This document shows positions 13,549 through 26,680 of a DNA stretch of 64,000 nt, one piece after another. The position numbers and the translations under genes are program-made. Under the pieces are notes generated by a model. The model did not search any database. It worked only from the letters and a program-made list of their open reading frames with translations, and was not told where the DNA came from. Each line of letters starts with the position of its first letter. Position 1 is the stretch's first letter. The DNA is from Octopus sinensis (Eukaryota): positions 77,252,001-77,316,000 of the forward strand of contig NC_042999.1 in assembly GCF_006345805.1 (NCBI RefSeq), read 5' to 3'.

Positions 13549-15913
13549 GTATGAATGAACTTTGCCTCACTGACTTGCCCTAGATACACTATACTGAATA
13601 CAAAGTCTTCAAGAGCAGCCCTTATGACTCAGTAGGCTATTAGACTCCTTATTACTTATTGTCATTTGGTACATTTAACAGGTATTTACTCCTTTAAATG
13701 AGTAATTTCCATTTACAATCTTTATTTATGGAATTGGCATTGATAAAAATAACTAAAATGAGTGCTAGCTATGATTCAGTTCTCATTGCAAGTTATCTAT
13801 AATTATGACCCAATTATATAGGTGGTTATTTTCAACAGCTTGGCTGTAATTAATCATATTCACTCAGCAACAGTTGATTTCATGGTTTTGTTGTTTTTGT
13901 TTTCACTAGCATCTGTCATCATTTCAAAAAGATTACCACCATTGGCCTGGGACATTTCAACCTAAATATACAAGAACTGTTAATATAAATGCTGTTGTTA
14001 TTTAAGATGAGGAATATACATAAGTTTATGTAACAGTCTACTTATGGGTAAATTCCTCCTAACCTTATTTAACTTTTACTTGCTGACCAAACTGTTTTTG
14101 GATTTATTTATATATCTCATTACAAATAGTTAAACAAATATGAAACTCCAAATTAATTAATGTTTCGAATAAGAGTTGCTTAACACTTGAAGTGTTGTTC
14201 TTCAGTTCCTGAGGAGAATGTCAGATTTCATTGGTCTCATCACACTTGTTGCTGCATATATTATCTTCATTGCTTTTATTTCTTCCATTATTGGCATTGT
14301 CATATTATATAACTAATTTGTTTTCTTTTCTATTATTGAAAGTTTTTTTTTGTTATGGGTTCTTCATATTTTTCAAATCAAGTGACATTTGCTCTAAGAA
14401 TATTATTTTCTGAGATTAACATTGCCTCAGTGAGTTCATGTGTCACAACCAAACACTTTGGTTGCTTACATCTTCTGTGTTAAACAACAGTATTCAGTGA
14501 GCTGACTGAGACAAAACTGGAATAACACTGTGGTCCTGTGTTAGTTACCGTTAACAAACTGTGGCACATCGAAGTGAGATGGTTGAATGGATTAGGTATT
14601 GGATTACCAGTTCGTTTTGTTGCTGTGTAGATTTTATTTTTGTCAGTTTACTTGCATATCAGAAATAAGTACCAGATTTTTTAATAAAAGATCAATATCA
14701 CTAATCACATATTTATGCATACTTAAGATAATATAAGTTGAAGTAATTGACTAATTATTGCACCAGTAGATGGAATAAATAAATATTCTTACATCTGATA
14801 TACTGTTAAATGTTCTAGTTATCATTTACCATTAGCTCAGCTCCAATTGAGAAAATCTTGGACCAAATGTATTCTAGCTGTGACTATCTTTTGACATATT
14901 AAAATGTCACTGATGAATGTCTTTTTCTTTTTTAAAACATTAGGGTATGGTATGAAAAAAATCTACTGCTATTTCTACCAGGTTGGGCAGACATTTAGTG
15001 ATTCCCTCATTGGTTTGTAATTTTAGTGATTGATCAGATGCCAGTGGCATGGAAATAGCTCATAAAACCCTTGAAAACAATCCAAAACTCACCACAATGG
15101 CTGTACTACTCTTCTGTCTCATCTGGGCTTATGTTGTCCACACTGTTTCATTGCATGATATAAATTGTTAGTAGTTAATGTTATACAGTGTGGTCAGTAA
15201 AAACTAGTGTTTACTATTTACTACTTTGATACTTGCATAGTTGTATTATAAAAGGTGTACTCTATAGAGGGTGTGTTCTGGTAGTGATGTTTCTTTCACT
15301 CAGTACCAGAGCACACCCTTTGATAGAAATTCCAAATTGTTTCTTAAGTTTTCTGTAGACTAAATTTACAATAACATTCCATTTTGTTTTTATTCATTTA
15401 GTTTATTGGGTTTATCTTTTAGAGACAAACTTAATAAATGCAGAAACCTTTTCTGACTCAATAAAGGAAGTCTCTAAGCTGTTAATCAACCCACTGGAGG
15501 TAGCTAATAACTCTTTCAGATACCAGATACTGCTGTCTTAAAAGAAAAGTTTATTGTATAATTTAATCCTGACTATAGAAAAAAAAATCCTTGATGGTTA
15601 TATTTGGGATGGTTATATATAGGTTTGCTTGATTAGAGCCAATCTGAAGCTAAATAAACAACTAGCTTTTTCTTTATGATAGCAGACATTATTTGCCTTT
15701 TAGTTATATATTACTAATGTTACTTATATCCTGAAGTCTTTGTTTTAAATACATTCACAGGGTTTGAATGTCAAAACATTTTATTTATTTTACAAATATG
15801 CTTCCAAAACTTCGTAACTGATATGAAGGGGGAAAAAACTTAAATACTGAGGTTGGAATGATTTACACATACTGAGATATTGCAATAAAATGTAATATTA
15901 AAATAAAAAATTA

Positions 15914-17560
15914 TCATCAGCTAATGTTCGCTTTCCAAGCTGGCATGGGTCAGATGGTTTAACTGGAACAGGTAAGCTTGAGAGCTGCACCAGGTTCTAA
16001 TTTGATTTGGCATGGTTTCTACAGCCGGATGCCCTTCCCAATTCCAGCCACTCCAAAGGTGTAATAGGTGCTTTTTACATGCCACTGGCATGACACTGAT
16101 AACAGCCGTGACTACAATTCCACTTGGCCTGATGAGTCTCCTCAAGCACAGCATATCACCAAAGGTCTCGGTCACTTGTCATCACCTCTGTGAGGCCTAG
16201 CATTCAAAGGTCTTGCTTCACCACCTCGCCACTGTGAGGCCCAACATTCAAAGATCATACTACAGACAACAGCCACAATTATGATTTCACGGGTGCCATT
16301 TACATGACACCAGCAATGGCCATGAATACTATTTCACTTGGCTTGATGAGTTTTCTCAAGCACAGCATATTGCCAACGGTCTTGGTCTCTTGTCACTGCC
16401 TCCGCAAGGCCCATCATTTGAAGATTATGCTTCATCACCTCGTCCCATGTCTCTTTATGCAGCTGTCCTCATCCATACATGTCGCTTGACAATACCAGCA
16501 TATTCGTCTCTCTTGCACATCACATCTGATGCCTCTTGTGCCCAGTTTTCAAGGCATTATCAACACGCAAGACACTTACACTCTGTTGCACATGCACACT
16601 GTCATGGCAATCCAGCAAAGCATACTGGCTTCATTTGTTTCAAGCCTTTGCATGTCCTCTGTGGTCACAGCCCACATTGCACTGCCATGGAGCGTGGATG
16701 CTGTGTTTGCACACAGTCATTATACAGTCTGCTTTTCATTCTAAGAGAGAGGCTCTTTGTTATCAAAAGAAGTAGATCTCTGAACTTTGCCCAGCCTATT
16801 CTTATTCTAGCAGCTACACTCTCAGAGCATCCACCTCCAATGCTAACTTGGTCACCTAGATAATGGGAGTTATCAACTATTTCTAGGTATCACCCTGGCA
16901 TTTGATAGAGTCTATTTTCTGTACATTTCTAGTGTTTATTGTACCTGTACATCTGCCACACACAAAGAGTATTTTCCCTGTTAAACTTCCTCTTATATTG
17001 CTGCACCTCTTATGTGTCCATAGCTTGCACCACATGGATTTTATGGAGTTTATACCTACACTTTTTCTACATATTGAGCAGGGCCATCTACCTGCAGTTT
17101 GACTTAAATTCCTCTGTCTGAGGACTCATCCTTGATGTACCCCTACTTATCCCCTGGGAGGTCTGAGGACTCATCCTTAGTGTACCCCCATTTATACCCT
17201 GAATTCATTGCTATACTTGTTGCCAACCCTCACTTTAATGACAGCATCCCTGTACATAGCTTGTACAGCTCTCACCAACCACTCCTTTATCCTTAGTTTC
17301 CACATTGACTACCAGATAAGGGAGCACGGAACCCTGTCAAAGGCTTTCTTTATGTCAGCAAAAGTCAAATACAGAGGTTTATTTTTGGCTGGGTACTTCT
17401 GCAACTGCCTTACCAGAAATATAGCGTCAGTGGTACTTCTCCCTGGCACAAAACGAAATTGCATCTCATCTAGACTAACTCACTTCATAATTAGTTGGGC
17501 TATGATCCTCTCTGTAACTTTCATCGCCTGATCCAACAATTTGAAAAATACATGTAGAAA
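15914..17560 (-). mobile_element. Decayed RTE-clade LINE with family-B tail
   Basis: The tail (CATCAGCTAATGTTCGCTTTCC) is at the left. The body is homologous to 11725-13265 and 25050-25930 (e.g. TTCATTCTAAGAGAGAGGCTC...TGAACTTTGCCCAGCC). Confidence 0.85.
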
Positions 17561-20419
17561 AAGAAATTGAAAAGTAAGTGTACATATTTAAAGTATTGAA
17601 CGTACTTATGTGGGGAGGAAAACATTAGATTAATTTATCATTAATCTTTTCAAACCCCCCACCACCACCACCACACACACACACACATGATTCTCATCAT
17701 TCATTCTTCCTCTATGCTTCCTCAGACCTTCTTGAATGAGATGATGTTTCTACTTGTCCTGAGAATTGCCAACCTGGGCCTTTCAAAAGTATATGAAGTC
17801 CATATGACTGAAAGGCCATAAGAATTTTGGGGTTAAGGCAGCAGAAAGCATGGATGAAGTGGGAGAGTCTGAGGCAGCACTGTATTATTTGGCCAAACAA
17901 CATGCATGCCTGTATCATTTTTGATTATTTGTCCAGGCTATTTACAATGCTATGCCAAGCCTTGCTAACCCTCACATCTGGGCAAAAGTGTTACACCATC
18001 CTGTTCTGCTCTGAAAGAGGATTGTTAGAAAATCGTTCAGCTTTACTAACTGTAATTAGTCATAGTGTCCTGTAAATATTGGTGCTCATGTGTCTTTGAA
18101 ACTTTCATCATTTTAACATCCACTTTTCCATGTTTGCATTGGTCAGACAGATTATTGAAGCACTTTTCAATTGCTGGATTCCCTTCCTGTCACCAACCCA
18201 TATCTGTTTCCAAGCAAGGTAATTTTTTCCCATGACCAGACATGTTTTCATAGAATATTAGAAATGAATGAATCTTCTGTTATGCTTTTTTTATAACATA
18301 ATGTGATGTCAAGATTAGGAAACACAAACACACATACACACACACAAACACTCACACACAATGGGGTTTCTTTCAGTTTCCATCTTCCAAATCCATACAG
18401 CCACACTTGTAGTGTCCATTCTGTTGCAAGTATTTGGGTTAGGTTTCTATTCCGAGAAGAATGTGAATAACTTCCTCCCTTCTTCCTGTTGGAGGCCTTG
18501 AAAAGGGGTTATAGATGTTACTTGTCTTCTGGCTTTATCAAACAAAAATTATATTAAAAAACATACATTATTGTTATTTATCTATTGGTTTGCACTGATC
18601 TGGTAGACTTATGTTCAAGATGTTACAGTTATGACACACCCATCTTTTACTCAGACACACTGTATCTAAGAATTACATTACCAGTATCCCTAATTTTTTT
18701 CAAGATGGTAGAGTATAATATAAGGGAAGCTAACTGCTGTTTAAAGTGATTGAGTAACCATATAAAGGCTCTCTCTGGTACATCTTGTCAAGTCTACTTT
18801 TTGCAATCTGTGTCACTGAAGCAACCAATTTAAATAGATGCTTTTAGTGATATCCATTGTTTTTGTATTGTGAGGTAGGCTCTCCTGAGAGTTTGGATTT
18901 AAAACATGTGGTCAGATGGAGATTTGAACAGAATCAAGTTGCCAGGAGGCTGTAAATTCCCTTGCTGGATTATTTTTTATTCTTTTGCTAACATCATTTA
19001 ACACTGCATCTATAGAGTACTTGCAGTCTTGTAGAAATTTAACTGATATGATAAATTTTTGTGTAATGTTCAAAATTTTTACTCCCCTTTTTCTGTGCAA
19101 ATTGTATTGCTACACAATCTATTGAAATATTATTTTTACTAATGTATAAATACTATTGTTACAATATTTTCATCCATTTTAAGGATATTTGAATACAATT
19201 GGCGGAGATTTGATAGGATGAGTGATTATGCAGAGGCTCATTTATAAATAAAGAGGCAAAATGGACAAAATGTATGTAGGAAAAGCGAGAAGATTGGGTT
19301 GATGATTAACAGGCTGTATATCAATAAATCCTGCTTCAAATGGACTTTGAAGTCCATGGTTGTGGTGGCAGTTTAAATTGAATGAATACAATAAGTAGGC
19401 CTGAAATGTACAAGCAATATACTGTTGTCATGGTTACATTACTAACTACCTGTGTCATACATTTGCAGAAATTAAATTCCTTTGTAATGTAAGGTTGAAA
19501 TTTCTCTAATTATGTCTGCTGTCTGCCAGTCAGATATCCATCGTCTTATCTTTTTCATATATATAATTCTTTTGTTTGTATGCTATAACTTGTATTTTTT
19601 TTCTATTTAAAATTATAATCATGTACTGACTAAGAAGAAAAAGGAAGTTATTGGGAAAAGTAATGGAAGTAAGTTTGACAAGAAAAATGTATAAATAAAG
19701 AAATCTGATCCTAAATGGATCATAATGAACTGAGCTTAATGGTTCATAACATTAAGAAAATGAGAGACACTATGAAAATTTGGTGTCAAATTTCCTGCAT
19801 TTAGCTAAACTGATTGCCCAATATCTTGTCTATTTAGTTATTTCATTTCTACATACATGGAGTGTATAATTAAACTTTAATGTATTTAGACCCTTAAATA
19901 CATAAAAAAATTTTCTCATTCGCTCACTTAGCTAGCATGAAATTTATTGTCTTCATCAGCATTATTTAACATCCACTTTCCATGCTGGTATGGATTGGAT
20001 GGTTTGACTGGGACTAGTAAGCCAGGGAGCTGCACCAGGTTCCAATCTGATTTTGTATGGTTTTTTACAACTGGATGCCCTTCCTAACACCAACCACTTC
20101 AAGAGTGCAATGGGTGCTTTTATGTGCAACCAGCAAACAACATTGGCACTTGGTTTCATAAGTACAGCATTGCCAAAGGCCTCAGTCACTTGTCATCGCC
20201 TCCGTGAGGTCCAACATTCGAAAGATCATACTACTACCATTAGTAATCTTCTGCTATTGTTTCACCCACTAAAGTCATTACCTATAGTCTAGTCTATTGA
20301 CCTGTTGAAGCATCACTGAACAATCCATGTTTATGTAGTGATCCACAAGACAATTACATTATAACAGCACTACAAGTTGGTGAAACACCATTGCTCAGGA
20401 TTAAAATGGAATAGTTTGT

Positions 20420-20690
20420 TATTGTTTTACATGTTTCAGTCATGTGACTGCAGCCATGCTGTAGCACCGTCTTTAGTCAAACAAATCGTCCCCAGGATTT
20501 ATTCTTTGTAAGCCTAGTACTTGTTCTATCAGTGTTTTTTGCCAAACCACTAAGTTATAGGGACATAAACACAGCAACATTGGTTGTCAAGTGATGGTGG
20601 GGGTATGAACACAGACACACACAAACAAATCTATACATATTCCTGATAGTCTTTTTTCAGTTTCTGTGTACGAAATCCACTCACACGGCT
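20420..20690 (-). mobile_element. SINE-like repeat (family C/D)
   Basis: GTTTCAGTCATGTGACTGCAGCCATGCTG...TTCTTTGTAAGCCTAGTAC. The related 3' end is at 1-118 on the plus strand. Confidence 0.6.
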
Positions 20691-21000
20691 TACCCATCCC
20701 TTACATCCACTCCCACATATCCCACCCCACCCCATCCCTTACACTCACTCCCACATACCCCACCTCTATCCCCACCCTCAGTCTAACCCACATACCCACC
20801 CTCAGCCTAATCCACACCCTACCCTTGCTTTCCCCACTCTTGCCTCCCCCACATCCTAACACCACCATACCACACAACACCACATCACATCACCAAGCAC
20901 ACACAAGCACTGATCACTTCCCATCCCCACCATCCACACAACTACACATACACGCACACGCACATACATGCTGTCTTGTACACATATGCACCTTTGTTTT
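20690..21000. repeat. C/A-rich low-complexity tract (G-rich on minus strand)
   Basis: Many CCC/CCCC runs separated by short spacers. Confidence 0.8.
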
Positions 21001-21056
21001 GGGATCACCACTACTTTATTATCTCCCCTTCTTCCTAGCTCTCCTCTGTAACCCCT

Positions 21057-21130
21057 CCAGTCAGACCTTGGTTTCAAAATTTTTTTTGCAAATAAAGTAA
21101 TTTACTAGGCAAATTTCTCATCAGCAACCA
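21057..21130 (-). ncRNA. Type I hammerhead ribozyme motif (inverted partner)
   Basis: Minus strand reads CTGATGA G AAATTT...AATTTT GAAA CC AA GGTC TGACTGG. The core is intact; helix I is mostly G-U wobble pairs. Confidence 0.6.
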
Positions 21131-21332
21131 CGCCATAACACTAACATATAATTAAGAGACGAATAACACTTGTCTCATCCTTATACATTATAAATTTTCA
21201 AATTCACCATGCAAGCACAGTTTCATTCGCTATTAGGTAAAAAATGCCAAACTAATCTTTTAAAGAAAAATTATAATGTATAATGATGAGACACCTGTTA
21301 TTCATCTCTTAATTATATGTTAGTGTTATGGT

Positions 21333-21407
21333 GCAGTCACTGATGAGAAATTTGCCTAGCAAATTATTTTATTTGCTAAAAAAATTTTGAAACCAAGGTC
21401 TGACCGG
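21333..21407 (+). ncRNA. Type I hammerhead ribozyme motif with minimal helix III
   Basis: CTGATGA at 21340-21346. Helix II has 7 bp, a 3x3 internal loop and 8 bp. GAAA at 21389-21392. Helix III is ACC-AA-GGT. Cleavage triplet GTC ends at 21400. Helix I pairs GCAGTCA with TGACCGG. Confidence 0.7.
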
Positions 21408-21551
21408 ATTACAATAACACGGTAAAAGTTTTTATTTTTCATTCCTTTTGAAGATTGCTCTTAAATGTGTTTTTGGTCATTTTGACTAATTCTTCTAACA
21501 TTTAAAAACTGCCTGTTGAAGGCAGTTTTCTCTTGTGTTTAAATGTAAACA

Positions 21552-21591
<40 letters not shown>

Positions 21592-22349
21592 CATGCTTGA
21601 ATGGTGCTTTTTATGTGCCACTGGCACAGAAGCCAATCAGCTGCTCTGGCAACATCACGCTCGGATGGTGCTCTTAGTGTTCTACTAGGATGGATGCCAG
21701 TGATCGAATTTGATTTCAATTTCGGTTTCACTTGCCTCGACAGGTCTTCGCAAGCAGAGTTTAGTTTGAGAATGTATTGGGAACAGACAGAGATACAAAG
21801 TATTTTATATATACATATATATATAGATAGATAGATGTTGTTGCTTATATCAGCAAGCTATACTTCCCAGCAGCTCTTATTTTTTAGCTAGATTAGGCTG
21901 TTGTGAAACAAAAATTTTTGATAGAGATTGTTGCAGAGCCAGTGAAAAATGAATCCTGTTAATTCCTCAGCCAATAGTACAACTTTGTGGGATTTATCAA
22001 CTCCCTTATATGTAGGTACAGGACATTGTTATCTTCACTATCTTGATAACATATAGTATACCTGTATTAGCTTAGTACCATTTTCTACCAATGAAAGTTA
22101 TGTAAAGATTACTATTTTATTTTCTTCTCTTCATCATCATTATCATCATTTAACATCCACTTTTCCATATTAGCATGGGTCAGCCAGAATTTGTTAAGGC
22201 AGTTTTTCAACAGCCTGATGTTTTTCCTGTTACCAACCCTTTCCTGTTTCCAAACAAAGTAATATTTCCCCATCACCAGACATGTTATAGCAGAATATTG
22301 GAAATGAATGACTGCTTGTATGACAGTGATGCTCATTTACAATCATCAC

Positions 22350-22500
22350 ATGATATACACACAAGCATACCCACACACATATATGACAGGCTACTTTTGG
22401 TTTCCATCTAACAAATCTACTCACAAGGTTTTGGTCAGCTTGAGACCCTAGTAGAAGACACTTGCCCAAGGTGTTAAACAGTAGGACTGAACCCAAAACC
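22350..22500 (-). mobile_element. tRNA-type SINE (family D)
   Basis: TAGTAGAAGACACTTGCCCAAGGTG...GGACTGAACCC. Related copies are at about 29780-29870, 53005-53140 and the window end (63975-64000). Confidence 0.6.
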
Positions 22501-23432
22501 AAGCCATACCTGAACCTATTCTGGATTTATATTGTTGATCTGGTTTCTTAAAAGGCAATAGGGACGATATCAGTGTTCTGTGGATTATAACTAGTTAATA
22601 AGAGCTAAGATTGAGAGCTTCTGTATGGTCACTCCACCTGTTATAGCTGCCAAATCTTTCTCAGAATCAATTCCTATCATCTTAATAAGTGAAGAACACA
22701 TTAGATCATTTAGTCTTGGCTACATTATGCCTGAATATAAAAATGTGTGGGTCAGCTGGAATGCTCTGCTTGATCAGTGTTGATGTGAGACTAAACAATA
22801 ACAGCTTGTCAACTTGTTGAACAAGATTGTATGAGAAGAATAGCTGATGGTAATGGAACTTGTAGAGACCACTCTGACATATTGACACAGATACATTATG
22901 CTAGTTTCTGTAATACTCCAGTTAGAAATGCACTGAACCATATAAAATGTTAATTTGATATTCTATAGCTTCTCTTTTAAAATAAGTACAGAATATGTAC
23001 GTTGAAAGTGACTGAAAACTATAACAGACAAATATACAAACATTTTCTGGTTATATCCAATGTTATTTTCTTTAACTTAATTATTAGTGTCATGTATCTG
23101 TTAGCTGTTGGTGTACCATTGAAAACTATGTTTATGCAGTGTATCTAGGACACTAGCTCATCTGAGCCTATCCCTCTCCATGCCAACAAATTATTAATCA
23201 AGTTTATAATACTATACTCCCCCGCAATACATATTTTATCATATTGACTTAACTAATTACATTCTCTCTAAATAACATCAATCCCTAAAAATATTTCCTT
23301 CTTATTTCACTCAATTTTATATTTTCCTTATTTTATTACTTCTAATCTGCTTGCTTATCTATCAGTTTTGCCAAAGAAGTCAACATACAACATGCATCCT
23401 ATAATTTACTATATGATGGATATATACCTAAG

Positions 23433-23976
23433 ATCTTATGGCGATCCTTCGGTTTGACCCGACAAAACAATACCTTACTTGTTTCCGTGACTCGACAATT
23501 CACTTCGGATATCTTTGGGACCTCCGTGACAGCTACTAAAGTGTGTCTGTGTGTGCGTGCTTGTTCTTGTTTGTTTGTGTGTGTGTGTGTGTGTGTGTGT
23601 GCGTGCTTGTTCTTGTCTGTGTGTGTGTGTGTGTGTGTGTGTGCATGTCTGTGTGTGCTTGTTCTTGTCTGTGTGTGTGTGTGTTCTGACACACAGACAA
23701 GGACAAGCATGCACACCCACACATACAAACACACACAGACAAGAACAAGCATGCGTACACACACACACACAAACACACACAGACAAGAACAAGCACACAC
23801 AGGCACACAGACAAGAACAAGCATGCATGCACACACACATACACTTTAGTAGCTGTCACAGCAGTTGTCACGGAGGTCACAAAGATATCCGAAGTGAATT
23901 GTCGAGTTGTCACGGAAACAAGCGAGGTCTTGTTATTGTTTTGTGGAGTCAGATCGAAGGATCGCCACATGATAAG
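23433..23976. repeat. ~540-bp inverted repeat centred on 23685-23688, with a GT/AC minisatellite core
   Basis: The left arm (TGGCGATCCTTCG...TTCACTTCGGATATCTTTG...GACAGCTACTAAAGTG, then GTGTGCTTGTTCTTGTCT units) mirrors the right arm. Confidence 0.95.
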
Positions 23977-25049
23977 CTGTTTGTTGTGTAACCACTTCAT
24001 CTTCATTTGCAAGATACATCTTGGTTATCCATTATTTAGCTCACCTTAACAATTTTACCTTTATAAAACAATGAAGTCACTTAGTCTACTAGAAAAAGCA
24101 ACCAAATCTTCCTCAGATCACACCATACTCTCTTAAAAAAGGGAAAGACAAAATATACAATGTTGTTATATAGATATACAAAAGAAAAAATGTAACGGTT
24201 TTCTTTTAATCATAGATCTGCTTAGGCAGGGCTGACTTAGATTCAACAATAATAACATATCTTACTACTGAGTCTTGCAGCTAGCTGTAAAATGACATGA
24301 CACTTGCTGTCACAACTATTCCTTGATTGGAACCAATAGGGGAGCCTCTGTATGGTTGCTCTATCCTTTAGAAATAGCAGCCACATCTTCAAATCATACT
24401 GTATTAAAAAAATAAGAGCACATTGGATTAATGTCCAATATACACTACACAATAGCAGACATGATCGTTATGGGTGAAATGCCTTGATCACAGGTATGTT
24501 TGATGAGGGTTGACCTGAAATTGGACAACCACAGTTACTGTAGTTCAATTTATCAGTATCTGCTGTTTATGTTCATACTTTCTGATAGATTAGTCATCCT
24601 GTGTAGCATGATATGATTTTCATCACTTAGGTTTACAGTCATACTTATAAGTCAGTTTGTGTCCTGTATGTCTACATTTGATAAACTGTGTTTGGAGTAG
24701 GTGTGATATTGATATTCACATTTTGGCTGCACACTGACTAAAAAGCATTTTGTTTCTAATTATTTAAAATTTTAGGTGTTGAAGTTTAAAATTTTTTTTT
24801 ATTGTCATGTTTCTGGTAAATATTTTCTTAGATAGCAGAAACTGCAATTTTTCTGTTAAATATTAATGGCATTAATTGGTAAGTTTTCATTATGAACCTC
24901 TTCTCAAAACATAACTGATTCTAAAATTGAGTCAAGTACAATTATTAAAGCAGGAAATTTTGCCTAAATAGCAGTAATCTTATAATAATATACTCGGAGA
25001 AACCCCACCTCCTTAGCAGTTTCCGCCTAGTATATGGTATATGTAATAT

Positions 25050-26510
25050 ATTATCACATCTTTTTGTTCAGTGCATCTTTTCTCTCAAGATGCTACACTC
25101 TGTCGAACATGCACACTGACATTGCACATCCAGTGAAGCATATTGGGTTCATTTCTTTCAAGCCTATGCCTGTCCTTGGCTTTTATAGCCCATGTTTCAC
25201 TGATGTGTAGCATAGCTGTTCACACACAGGCATCACACAATCTGCCTTTCACTCTGAGGGAAAAGCCCTTTGTTGCCAGCAGTAGGAGCTCTCTGAACTT
25301 TGCCCAGCCTAATCTTATTCTCACAGCTATGCTCTTGGAGCATTCATCTCCACTATTAACTTGGTTACCTAGATAACAGAAGCTATATACTACCTCTAGC
25401 TTACCCCAGTGGCTGTTGATGGAGTCTATTTTCTGTACATTTTTGGTGTTTATTGTACCTGTGTATCGTACACAAACAAAAGCTATTTTCCCTTTTAACC
25501 TTCCTCTGATATTGCTGCACCTTTTATGTGTCCATAGCTTACACAGGGTACATCTTATCGACTTTCTACCTACGCCTTTCTACAGATTGAGCAGGGCCAT
25601 CTATATGAAAGGATTTGTTAATTTGACTGCCTTCCTACTTACTAAAACTTTGGTTTTTGCTAGGTTAACTCTAAGATCCTTTGATACTAGACCTTGCTTT
25701 CATACCTAAAACTTCTTCACTAGTTCCACCACCATGTCACCCTGGATGGGACTTTACACCAGCTGCAGATTTGGTCTGTGGCACTCAGCAAGTTGTCTTG
25801 CAGGAATCTCAGTTGCCCTCTATGTCACAAGTCCTCCTCTCTCTCACCACATTTCTCAATTAAGATGTCCCTAAATCTCTGACCATATGAAGGGTCCTTA
25901 AGCCTTCAAAATCCTTCTTTTCTAGATTGGTCTGCTTCTCAACATTCTTCTGACCTGCAATCTAAAGTCATTAATGACTAGTTTGTGTTGGTGGGTACGT
26001 TCTTCACCATGGAGGGTCTTTGTATTTAAGAGCAACCTTGCATCCCACTGTCTGGTGAGAATGTAATCGATCTGGTTAGCACAGTCACCTGATTTATAGA
26101 TTATCAGGTGGCTGGCTGGCTTACATCCTGTAATTGGTGTTGCAGATCAATAGGTTATTTGCATCACAGAACTCCAGTAGCCTTGTTCCCCCTTTGTTTC
26201 AGGAACCAATTCTATGGCCCCCATGAACACCATGGAAGATACCAGACTGCCATCTGACATGCCCATTGAAATCCCCAGCCACGAAAATGAGATCATTGTC
26301 ACCCATCTTTGAGGTAGCCTGCAGAAGAATATCATAAAATTGATCCTTCGGTTCATTTGGTAAGCCTGCTTGTGAGACATAGGCAGAGTTAATTCTCGCT
26401 ATACTATTCTGCAAGACTAGTATTCTATCACACACTCTGACTATCTCTATGACCTTATCCACCATTTCTCTGCAAGAAGTATGCCCACACCACCTACCCA
26501 TCACTAGCAA
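25050..26510 (-). mobile_element. Decayed RTE-clade LINE (APE endonuclease plus RT remnants)
   Basis: Minus ORF 26199-26510 contains VDKVIEIVRVCDRI...SAYVSQAG...KDQFYDIL...FVAGDFNGHV, which are AP-endonuclease motifs. Confidence 0.9.
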
Positions 26511-26680
26511 TTCTGTATAGGAGTGAGATGTGAACCTTGAATCCAGAAGATATGCAAAGGCTAGAGAAGAATGAAGCTAGTATGTTCCACTGGATGCGTA
26601 ATGTAAGTGTACGTGTTTGACAGAGCGCTAATATGTTGAAAGAGAAGTAAGGCATAAGAGGAATTAGAGGCAGTAAGAGG
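26511..26680 (+). mobile_element. RTE RT C-terminal fragment in the opposite orientation
   Basis: LYRSEM*TLNPEDMQRLEKNEASMFHWMRNVSV, homologous to 11934-12137 on the minus strand. Confidence 0.8.

Larger units (their letters stand above)
21047..21413. mobile_element. Foldback element with ~150-bp inverted arms, each carrying a hammerhead ribozyme motif
   Basis: 21047-21200 is the near reverse complement of 21266-21413, with a spacer of about 65 bp. Confidence 0.8.

Noticed and set aside
14150-14225. CTGAAGA...GAAA hammerhead-like spacing on the minus strand
   Set aside because: No valid helix III/NUH triplet or helix II closure.
14205-14315. Hydrophobic frame FLRRMSDFIGLITLVAAYIIFIAFISSIIGIVILYN*
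   Set aside because: Not phase-compatible with the best upstream donor; T-rich DNA readily gives hydrophobic peptides.
20666-21100. 144-aa Pro/His/Thr-rich ORF
   Set aside because: Low-complexity C/A tract artefact.
23399-24012. Five overlapping ORFs of 120-160 aa
   Set aside because: They are translations of the GT/AC minisatellite palindrome, which lacks stops.
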